Assembly (NCBI GenBank): GCA_050633245.1
Contig: JBOEGD010000006.1
Coordinates: 331 to 36,684, forward strand
Reading direction: 5' to 3'
DNA: 36,354 bases
From: Calditrichia bacterium
GTDB lineage: Bacteria; Calditrichota; Calditrichia; RBG-13-44-9; J075
Below are positions 28,853 through 36,354 of the stretch, piece by piece (the first letter of the stretch is position 1; the number at the start of each line of letters is the position of its first letter). A program made the position numbers and the translations under genes. Under the pieces are notes generated by a model. The model saw nothing but the letters and a program-made list of their open reading frames with translations. It ran no database searches and was not told the origin of the DNA.

Positions 28853-30652
28853 ATGAAAAAACAATCTTTATCATCTTTTCAATTCATTTCACCTTTTCCA
28901 TCTTTTTGGTCTTTTTGGTCTTTTCCATCTTTTCCATCTTTTCCATCTTTTCCATCCATGTTCTTTTTATCCAGTTCATCCCTTTTATCCATGTGCATGT
29001 TCTTCTGCACAGCTCTTTTCGCCCAGCAAGAAGCGACCTATACCAATCCCATCATCCCCGGTGGCTATCCCGATCCATCCATTTGCCGGGTAGACAGCAC
29101 CTATTATTTGGTAAATTCATCCTTCGAGTATTTTCCGGGTTTGCCAATTCACCAAAGCATCGATCTGGTTAACTGGCAGCTGGTTGGTTACGGATTACAT
29201 CGCGAGGAGCAGGCGACCGGAGTAAATAATCTGGTAAACGTGCAGTCTAATGGCGGCATTCATGCGCCAACGATTCGTCATCATAACGGCACGTTTTACA
29301 TCATCACAACCAACGTCTATCACCCTCCCGGTGAGAATGCCAAAACACAGTTCATTAATTTCATCATTACCGCTACGGATATTCGTGGACCGTGGAGCGA
29401 TCCGCATGTGCTGGAAGGTGCACCCGGCATCGATCCGGACATCTTCTTCGACACAGATGGAACAGTTTGGTACGCCGGCACGCATTCACCTGAAAACCCA
29501 ACTTTCCCAGGTGAGGGTGAAATTTGGCTGCAGGAGCTTGATCTTAAAAACTGGAAGCTAACCGGTGAGCGCTATTTTCTGTGGCGTGGTGCCTGCGGCG
29601 GAACCTGGGCAGAGGGTCCGCATATTTATCGCCGTGACGGTCGCTACTACTTGATGGTTGCCGAAGGCGGCACCAGCTTTAATCACGCCGTAATGATTGC
29701 TGTGAGCGATGAGCTTCGCGGACCGTATATTTCCAATGCGCGCAATCCGATTCTCACCGCTCGCCACCTCTCCTACGACTATTGGGTGAACAGTATTGGA
29801 CACGCCGATTTGATCGAGCTGCCGGATGGGCGCTGGTATGCCGTAGCACTTGGCATTCGCGGGGACATGCAACGAAAGTCTAATATGGGAAGAGAAACGC
29901 ATCTGATTCCGGTGCAGTGGGAGCGCGAGCCATTCTGGTGGAAGGAAGTAAAGCATGAGTGGCCGGTGGCATCGCCAATAACCGGTCGTGTGGAAAAAGC
30001 GTATCCTCTCCCCTACTCCGATCAGCCGCAATTACGCAACGATGCGTTTGTAGATAATTTTGAGCATAGCGAGCTAAACCTGGAATGGAACTTTCGGCGC
30101 GTGCCGCGTGCAAACACCTATTCACTTACCACTCGTCCCGGCTACCTCCGTTTAAATAGCAGCCCTGAGATTATTGAGGAACGCGGCCGCTGTAGCCTGA
30201 TGGGCATTCGACAAAAGGAAACTGACTTCGAATATGTCGCAAAAATGGAGTTTGATGTAAATCAGGAAAATGTAGAAGCGGGAATTAGCCTGTTCCAAAA
30301 GGATGATAACTACTTCACCTTTTTGATCGGTAAGAAAAACGGGCAAACTAAACTAAGCCTCATGCTGGCAGAGCCTTCTGCAGAACCGATTGTTTTAAAA
30401 CAACAAGCATTGTCGTCATACAGCGAGAAGATCACGTTCAAAGTGCAGGCATCGCAGGATCGATACACATTCAGCTACTCCACCGACGATGGCCGAAGCT
30501 ATAAGAAGTTCGCTGACGCTCCCAGTCAACACATTCTCAGCAAGGCCTATACCGGCGCCTACCTGGGTGTATACATCACCTCAAATGGTAAACAAGCTAC
30601 TGCTCATGCAGACTTTGACTGGATAAACTACAGAGGCTTTCCGAGAAATTAA
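28853..30652 (+). CDS. Glycoside hydrolase family 43 (beta-xylosidase/arabinofuranosidase-like) with C-terminal beta-sandwich domain
   Basis: NPIIPGGYPDPSI, IDPDIF, EGPH and GHAD motifs; exact start uncertain. Confidence 0.92.
   Translation: MKKQSLSSFQFISPFPSFWSFWSFPSFPSFPSFPSMFFLSSSSLLSMCMFFCTALFAQQEATYTNPIIPGGYPDPSICRVDSTYYLVNSSFEYFPGLPIHQSIDLVNWQLVGYGLHREEQATGVNNLVNVQSNGGIHAPTIRHHNGTFYIITTNVYHPPGENAKTQFINFIITATDIRGPWSDPHVLEGAPGIDPDIFFDTDGTVWYAGTHSPENPTFPGEGEIWLQELDLKNWKLTGERYFLWRGACGGTWAEGPHIYRRDGRYYLMVAEGGTSFNHAVMIAVSDELRGPYISNARNPILTARHLSYDYWVNSIGHADLIELPDGRWYAVALGIRGDMQRKSNMGRETHLIPVQWEREPFWWKEVKHEWPVASPITGRVEKAYPLPYSDQPQLRNDAFVDNFEHSELNLEWNFRRVPRANTYSLTTRPGYLRLNSSPEIIEERGRCSLMGIRQKETDFEYVAKMEFDVNQENVEAGISLFQKDDNYFTFLIGKKNGQTKLSLMLAEPSAEPIVLKQQALSSYSEKITFKVQASQDRYTFSYSTDDGRSYKKFADAPSQHILSKAYTGAYLGVYITSNGKQATAHADFDWINYRGFPRN
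28893..28956 (+). repeat. 9-nt tandem repeat (TTTCCATCT / TTTTGGTCT) within the GH43 5' end
   Basis: Encodes FPS-FWS-FWS-FPS-FPS-FPS-FPS. Confidence 0.85.
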
Positions 30653-30870
30653 ACACCTACCTGCCATATGAACAAGAGAGTGAGTTAACATCTAGATGAC
30701 GATAGAAAATATCGTGCTGAGCCGAGTCGAAATGCACATTTTCATAAAACCGGCTATCGAACACATGAAGACAAAGGCACTTGTTTGAATTAAGTGCACA
30801 GCAAATCGCGACCATTTTCATCACCATTTTGGCCCGATTGTAAAATCATTCACTAGATAGTTTTTTTCTC

Positions 30871-30899
30871 TTGACAGCCTACCCAGATATACCTATATT
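30871..30899 (+). promoter_or_regulatory. Sigma70 promoter of tRNA-Lys
   Basis: TTGACA-N17-TATATT. Confidence 0.8.
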
Positions 30900-30920
30900 G
30901 TGCGACTTGAAACGAAGTAC

Positions 30921-30993
30921 GGGCCCATAGCTCAGCTGGTAGAGCACCGGACTTTTAATCCGTTGGTCGCAGGTTCGATCCCTGCTGGGCTCA
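30921..30993 (+). tRNA. tRNA-Lys (TTT), CCA not encoded
   Basis: Acceptor stem GGGCCCA/TGGGCTC, D arm AGCTCAGCTGGTAGAGC, anticodon loop CTTTTAA, T loop GGTTCGATCC. Confidence 0.97.
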
Positions 30994-30994
30994 C

Positions 30995-31030
30995 AAAAAA
31001 GGCTATCTCAAAATTGAGATGGCCTTTTTT
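30995..31030. terminator. Bidirectional intrinsic terminator
   Basis: AAAAAAGGCTATCTCA-aaat-TGAGATGGCCTTTTTT. Confidence 0.88.
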
Positions 31031-31083
31031 GTATTGGATAGAATGGACTCGGAAAGAAATACATTGCGGTAAAAATTGGGCAC

Positions 31084-31422
31084 TTACAGTTCAGGAACTT
31101 CTTCCAGAGCATAATAAACTGGTTTTTTCCTGGAGCGAAACTTTTCTACTTCTTGATCCGCTCCGACGGATTCTCCTCCGACTCTTAAGCACGCGTCGCA
31201 ACGATCTGCGAGAGCAAGCGATATTGGCATCATCAACTCTTCATATGAAACTTCACCCGCAACTTCGATCATAGGAAGAGCATTATTTACCCCGATAACC
31301 GGAACGTGTCCTTTCCTAAAGACTTCAACAGCATACCTATTCATGACTTCAAGATTCTCCTTTCTTTCTTCTTCAGAAACCGTTCCAGACCGATACGGAC
31401 CGGCGATCATTATCCATAACAT
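31084..31422 (-). CDS. DUF4406-like protein (nucleoside deoxyribosyltransferase-like fold)
   Basis: IMIAGPYRSG, GHVPVIG, CDACLRVGGESVGADQEV. Confidence 0.8.
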   Translation of the reverse strand: MLWIMIAGPYRSGTVSEEERKENLEVMNRYAVEVFRKGHVPVIGVNNALPMIEVAGEVSYEELMMPISLALADRCDACLRVGGESVGADQEVEKFRSRKKPVYYALEEVPEL

Positions 31423-31658
31423 GCCAATTGCTCCCCTCTCTTAGATCTATAGAAACTTATAAATTTTGAGCATATCTACTATCCGAAGTCTAACCATGCA
31501 ATCTTTCATAACATAGAAACCAGAACAGTCTATTATCGTTTAAGAATAACCCTATTTTTTTGACTTCTCAATTAGTTAGAGTGTTTTATTTGTAATTACC
31601 CTGCTTTCATCTGACTTTCTTTTGATCCTCTACTCGCATATTCGATCCTCCTTAGCTC

Positions 31659-31704
31659 ACAAGAAAAGGCTTTTTTCGCAAATGCGAAAAAAGCCTTTTC
31701 TTGT
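31659..31704. terminator. Perfect 22-bp inverted repeat, probable terminator of the ABM gene
   Basis: ACAAGAAAAGGCTTTTTTCGCA-aa-TGCGAAAAAAGCCTTTTCTTGT. Confidence 0.8.
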
Positions 31705-31726
31705 TTCCAGAGATAAACAATTTCGA

Positions 31727-32377
31727 TTATCGCTTCATAAAAGCCAGCACGTTAAATTGTTGAATTCCTGCCAGCACACCCTGCCGCCAACCACCGACGA
31801 TAAGATCTTCTGCATTCTCCTGCAGCGCAGCGGCGGCAGCGCCGGCAAAATGGGCATCAATACCCACCTGATCTGCGAAAAAGTCGATAATCCCAAACTC
31901 CCACTCATCGATTTGTAATCCAAACCAGTAGAGCGTTTGAGGCTCGGTATCAGTAACTACTTTTGCTCCAATAGCCAGAAGGTCGACCAGATCCTGCCCC
32001 CTACCCTCCTTTGCTCTTAAGGGAATCCATGTAGCAAGCCTAACATTCCCTTCCACTGCCGAAACTTTAGACCCAACAATTTTTGCGTTATGAATATTGG
32101 GCACAACACCATCGTCCCACCAACCCTCTATCAATGTTGAAGCATTTTCATTGAGAGCTGCTGCAACTTTACCGGCGAAATGAGCTTCCCGCGCAGACTC
32201 ATTTGGAAATGTGTCGAAAATGGCACAGTGGTTTAAGTCAAAGGATTGAAGCGCTGCCCATAAGAGCGTTTCGGGCTCTGTTTTCTGGACGATCTGAGCC
32301 CCTTGTTTAAGGAAGGCTGCCAACGCATCTTCTTGTCCGGCAGATGGTTTTAACGTGATATAACTTGACTGTTTCAT
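31727..32377 (-). CDS. Tandem ABM (antibiotic biosynthesis monooxygenase-like) domain protein
   Basis: Two homologous halves (EPETLLW...FDTF...AHFAG and EPQTLYW...IDFF...AHFAG); start MKQSS (32377) with GGAGA RBS. Confidence 0.8.
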   Translation of the reverse strand: MKQSSYITLKPSAGQEDALAAFLKQGAQIVQKTEPETLLWAALQSFDLNHCAIFDTFPNESAREAHFAGKVAAALNENASTLIEGWWDDGVVPNIHNAKIVGSKVSAVEGNVRLATWIPLRAKEGRGQDLVDLLAIGAKVVTDTEPQTLYWFGLQIDEWEFGIIDFFADQVGIDAHFAGAAAAALQENAEDLIVGGWRQGVLAGIQQFNVLAFMKR

Positions 32378-32579
32378 TGTATTTTCTCCGTGGTTTTGAG
32401 AAGTGTATAGTGCCATCTCTACAAATTAAATTGATCGAACAGTCTGCGCAGAGCGCGGCAGGTCAGGTGGAAAAGACCGTACGTATCTTCCCCACAAAGC
32501 CGTGGCTATTCGAAGTTTATTAAATGAACAACGAGATTAAGAACAGATGGTAAGCAGCGCTATATGTATTTCACTCTGG

Positions 32580-33422
32580 TTAACGTCTCAGAGATGGTTT
32601 GATGGGAAATTGAATTTCTACCAGCGCTTTATCTTCTTCTTGCTGGTTAGGAAGCGTTAGATACAACTTGCGCACTGCCCCGAAAAGCTGATAGTCATTT
32701 TGTTCAACCCATTTACCAAGGGCTGCATAGGCGTGGAATAAGATGTGGTTCTGTTCATGCTGCACCAGTGTGGCCACCTGTTTCACTTCGGGCAGTTCGC
32801 GAAGAGACAGAGTATCCGTTTCAGTAAAGGGCACCTGCACATCTTTCGACTTTTCGAGAACCATGCCGGCCCCAACATCAACATTTTCAGTTCTAAAACC
32901 GTCATAGTGAAAGATCGCTGCAAAGTGCTTTAACGACTTTTTTCCAATTGCATCTTCGACTCGCTGGCTAACGCCACGAACAAAATCGGGGCCTTCATCA
33001 AGCAGACGAAGCCGGTAATTCATGGCCAAGAATGGCTGCGCTGGAACATGCTTAACAATGATTTCCAAATTTTCGAGGCTGCCCTCCGCCTCGATTTGCA
33101 GCAGCCGTGCTTCGACCCGATGCAATCGCATTTTTTCAGCCTGAATCAGCTGCTCACTCTGCAGCTTTTGATTGGTCAATAAATGCCGCATTTCACTGGT
33201 CGATATATCGTTTTCCAGCACCTGACGCGCCTCTTCCAGCGACAGTCCCAAATCTTTTAACGCCAAAATACGATTCAGCTGAGGAAGCTGCGAGGCACTA
33301 TAGTAGCGGTAACCAGTCCATTCATCGACTTGAACAGGCTTAAACAAATCAATGGCATCGTAGTGACGCAAAAGATTATCTGATACCTGAGCAATCTGAG
33401 AAAATTCGCCAATCTTGAACAT
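32580..33422 (-). CDS. MerR-family regulator with GyrI-like effector domain (BmrR-like)
   Basis: MFKIGEFSQIA...LRHYD...TGYRYY...LKDLGLSL; GGAGG RBS. Confidence 0.92.
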   Translation of the reverse strand: MFKIGEFSQIAQVSDNLLRHYDAIDLFKPVQVDEWTGYRYYSASQLPQLNRILALKDLGLSLEEARQVLENDISTSEMRHLLTNQKLQSEQLIQAEKMRLHRVEARLLQIEAEGSLENLEIIVKHVPAQPFLAMNYRLRLLDEGPDFVRGVSQRVEDAIGKKSLKHFAAIFHYDGFRTENVDVGAGMVLEKSKDVQVPFTETDTLSLRELPEVKQVATLVQHEQNHILFHAYAALGKWVEQNDYQLFGAVRKLYLTLPNQQEEDKALVEIQFPIKPSLRR

Positions 33423-33462
33423 CTATATCGACCTCCGCACTTCATTTTCGTTTATTATATAA

Positions 33463-33493
33463 AGTATAAGCCTTCGTGTTACACAAGAGTCAA
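33463..33493 (-). promoter_or_regulatory. MerR-type promoter with 19-bp spacer
   Basis: TTGACT-cttgtgtaacacgaaggct-TATACT with a GTGT-A-ACAC dyad in the spacer. Confidence 0.75.
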
Positions 33494-33917
33494 GGAGATA
33501 CTTTGATTTTTTCAATTATCGTCATATGGACAAGTGCAATTGGAGTGGTCATTTTGAAATCGGTTCTGAACCACTCTAAGGGCCACTCTACAGACATATC
33601 AATCACCAGACTTACAGCTACAACACATTGCTGTAACCAATAGAGATAATGCTTTTTATGATTAGCTTTTACAAAAAAGGCATCATTTAAGTGTAAGCAT
33701 GTACAAGTAGAATGAGCAAGCCTCGCTATCTATAACCTCATTGTCACTATTCCCTTGGTTCTACACAGAAAATTTTATTATCTTTCACAATAGTACAACA
33801 TACATAATACTCCCCTTCGATTTTCCAAGCTAATTTAGGCCTGACTGTCAGACGCATGCATAATCTGATTTGATAAGGCAAAATGTGTCACTCTATTAAA
33901 ATGGGTGGTGAATTTAG

Positions 33918-36354
33918 ATGAATCAAAAATCGCAAAATTCCGACAAACACGTTGACATTGGCAAGGATGCGCAGAACAGTCCAATAATTAGCGGTGACTC
34001 GAACCAATTTGAGAGTCATAATCATATTCACAATTATAATACACCTCCCCAAGCCCCCGCGCCTGCCCCTAAAAGTTTAAAAAATCACTCTACATTTCGC
34101 GAATTTAGAGAAACTTTAGTCAGGTTTATTTTAGATATTTTTCGCCGTAAAGAACGTCCCTACCGATTCACGCTGTTCACTATAGTTGGATCGATACTCT
34201 TCCACCCGGCCGTAACGCCAAAAGTTTTTGCCAACATTTTTTTCCATTCCGATGTTATATGGGAACATTATAGAATAGTTTGGTTAGTAGCGGTAATGGT
34301 TTCAAGCGTAACAGTAGTGCTATTACTCTCAAATCAATTAGCGAGAAACCGCAAAAAATCTGTTGAAACATTTCTGGAATCAAGAGCAATTAAAGGCTTA
34401 CGTCCCTTTACGATGGAAGACGCAGATCTTTTCTCTGAATTACAAAGAAAAGAGAGCTTAGAAGAATGTATTCAAGCACTTGTTCATCCTGATTTTCGTT
34501 TAGGGGTCTTGTATGCCGATTCTGGATGCGGAAAGACATCATTTCTTCAGGCTGGTATTCAGCCAGCCATTTCAAAACCTCAGGCTTCTTATTTATGTCT
34601 ATATGTAAAGGTTTCGGATGAATATCCATCACTGACATTGGCCAAAGAATTAGCTAACAATGGGTTTAACATAGCCGAATCAGATGAACAAGACATCATT
34701 CAGGGTTTGGATACCTTCGGCAAATTAAACGAAAAAGTTTTCGTTATCCTTTTAGATCAGTTTGAACAATTTTTTGTACACTTCCCACGATCATCAGAAC
34801 AGCAAGATTTCATAAACATTCTGGATAATTGGTTACAAAAATCAGAATCCTCCAATGTCAAATTGCTCTTCAGTATTCGCGGAGATTACATTCACAAGAT
34901 TCTCCGAGTTCTAAAAGCACTTAATTTTAGCATTGGACCACAAGAAAATTTCCAGTTGGAGAAATTTAGCCCTGAAGAAGCAGCTAAGATATTCGAGGTG
35001 ATTGCAAATAACTCTGATCTTAGTTTTAACAAAAGCTTTGTTGAGTCAATGTGCGCAGAGGAGCTTGCTTCACAGCTTGATGGGACAATCTCCCCTGTTG
35101 ATATTCAGATTCTTTCATGGATGATATACTGTAGTAAGAGTGAATCCGAACGAGGATTTACACAATCTATTTATGAGCGCTTAGGCGGAATTGAAGGCCT
35201 ACTGGAAAACTACCTTTCCAAGGCTCTGGATATGAGTGGAGGAGAAATCGAACGAGACATCTCACTCAAGGTACTAATATCTCTTACTGATTTAGATGGT
35301 GACGTCCGGGCAGGAATACTAACTCAGGGAGAAATTCAACAAAAATTAGGACATGCGTTTGAGCTTGAAAACATTGCCCAACAACTTTCCTGGTTATCCT
35401 CAAGCAAGGTTCGACTTATTACTCCCTCGAAAAGGAACAATGAAACGGCTTTCGAATTGGCACATGAACGCCTGATTCCAGCAATTAGGCGTCTAGCCAA
35501 TAAAGAATTAACTGAAGTAGATCAAACGAACAGACTCCTCGATCGACGCCTGAATGAATGGATTGGCAATAACAAACATTCACGCTACCTTTTGACATGG
35601 TCTGAACTTAGGTTGATTAAACGCTTGACACCATTTATAACTTGGGGAAAAAGGAAGCAGCAAAAATTAAGTCTGGTAAGTGCCAGCAAGCTTAAAATAC
35701 GAATGCTTTTATCGCCGGTAATAATGCTAATTATTGCAAGTATAGCAACGTGGATCTGGTTAAAGTCAGATATCGGGCGAAACTATATTATTGAACAAAG
35801 CCTGGTACAGGCATATGATCAGATCAGTACAAATGGACCGCATAAAGACATTGTTCGTGCCTTTATTACCAACAAGGATTTTGATGCAGCCATTCAATAT
35901 ATCACGAGAATACCAACTCAGACGTCAAAGACTAAAGCTTTAATATACTATTCTAATGCAACACTAATATTAGGAAAACACACCCATGATAAATCAACGA
36001 CTGATTTAATCCTTCAAGTAATGAGACTGACTGAGGGAATGGACCTGGAATCCGACAGGTCTATGGTATTTCGTTCTATAGCCAGCGCGGCTGCAACCCT
36101 TGGCGACTCCCTTCAGCACAAAAAAGCGTTTGCTATTCTGGAGTCACTTATTCCAGTAACAAATAAGTGGGAGAGTGAAGAATACAAGTATCGGGTATTT
36201 CGCTCCATTGCCAGCGCGGCTGCAACCCTTGGCGACTCCCTTCAGCACAAAAAAGCGTTTGCTATTCTGGAGTCACTTATTCCAGTAACAAATAAGTGGG
36301 AAAGTGAAGGATACAAGTATAGGGTATTTCAATCTATTGCCAGCGCGGCTGCAA
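33918..36354 (+). CDS. Membrane-associated STAND (nSTAND1-like) NTPase with C-terminal TPR-like repeats; 3' end outside window
   Basis: Hand-translated open frame from ATG 33918 to window end: AIKGLRPF, Walker A ADSGCGKTS (34515-34541), Walker B VILLDQFEQFF, SIRGDY, LGGIEG, FELAHERLIP; hydrophobic segments before and after the NTPase. Absent from the ORF track because it has no stop codon. Confidence 0.88.
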   Translation, partial: MNQKSQNSDKHVDIGKDAQNSPIISGDSNQFESHNHIHNYNTPPQAPAPAPKSLKNHSTFREFRETLVRFILDIFRRKERPYRFTLFTIVGSILFHPAVTPKVFANIFFHSDVIWEHYRIVWLVAVMVSSVTVVLLLSNQLARNRKKSVETFLESRAIKGLRPFTMEDADLFSELQRKESLEECIQALVHPDFRLGVLYADSGCGKTSFLQAGIQPAISKPQASYLCLYVKVSDEYPSLTLAKELANNGFNIAESDEQDIIQGLDTFGKLNEKVFVILLDQFEQFFVHFPRSSEQQDFINILDNWLQKSESSNVKLLFSIRGDYIHKILRVLKALNFSIGPQENFQLEKFSPEEAAKIFEVIANNSDLSFNKSFVESMCAEELASQLDGTISPVDIQILSWMIYCSKSESERGFTQSIYERLGGIEGLLENYLSKALDMSGGEIERDISLKVLISLTDLDGDVRAGILTQGEIQQKLGHAFELENIAQQLSWLSSSKVRLITPSKRNNETAFELAHERLIPAIRRLANKELTEVDQTNRLLDRRLNEWIGNNKHSRYLLTWSELRLIKRLTPFITWGKRKQQKLSLVSASKLKIRMLLSPVIMLIIASIATWIWLKSDIGRNYIIEQSLVQAYDQISTNGPHKDIVRAFITNKDFDAAIQYITRIPTQTSKTKALIYYSNATLILGKHTHDKSTTDLILQVMRLTEGMDLESDRSMVFRSIASAAATLGDSLQHKKAFAILESLIPVTNKWESEEYKYRVFRSIASAAATLGDSLQHKKAFAILESLIPVTNKWESEGYKYRVFQSIASAAA
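36064..36354 (+). repeat. 129-bp (43-aa) near-identical coding tandem repeats
   Basis: GCCAGCGCGGCTGCAA recurs at 36081, 36210 and 36339. Confidence 0.95.

Noticed and set aside
28810-29172. 120-aa alternative-frame ORF at the GH43 5' end
   Set aside because: Overlaps GH43 out of frame; its hydrophobic character comes from the 9-nt repeat.
30710-30737. GTGCTGAGCCGAGTCGAA as a REP-like element
   Set aside because: Single degenerate copy with no inverted partner in the window.
30900-31274. 124-aa plus-strand ORF
   Set aside because: Overlaps the tRNA, its terminator and the antisense DUF4406 gene.
32440-32510. GC-richer hairpin (GTGGAAAAGAC...TCTTCCCAC) between MerR and ABM genes as a riboswitch
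   Set aside because: I cannot match it to a riboswitch consensus, and a single copy gives no covariation support.

Overview
Bacterial chromosomal window; the gene set and the short-unit intergenic repeats suggest an FCB-superphylum-like organism, but taxonomy cannot be fixed from this window. The left 11.8 kb is a minus-strand phenylacetate catabolic cluster (TetR/PaaR-like regulator, an HNH gene, paaABCD-G-H-I-J-Y-Z, a CpeT-like lipoprotein) plus chrA, bracketed by two degenerate inverted copies of an intergenic repeat element. The middle holds housekeeping and redox genes (glgC, VOC dioxygenase, nitroreductase, AhpD/CMD, YyaL, YtxJ, an atypical receiver protein, YbfF-like esterase, DUF2203). 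The most striking feature is at 22023-22676: six tandem 61-63 nt hairpin units with covarying stems and an invariant 12-nt core, most consistent with an unannotated array of sibling structured RNAs on the minus strand, lying between an aquaporin and DUF2203. Further right are a metallophosphoesterase, a four-helix-bundle gene enclosed by inverted low-complexity repeats, a diheme cytochrome c-TPR protein, a hydrolase, a DEDD exonuclease with an in-frame stop, GH43, tRNA-Lys(TTT), DUF4406, a tandem ABM protein and a MerR regulator. The window ends in a STAND NTPase gene missed by the ORF track, which carries near-identical 129-bp repeats and runs off the right edge.
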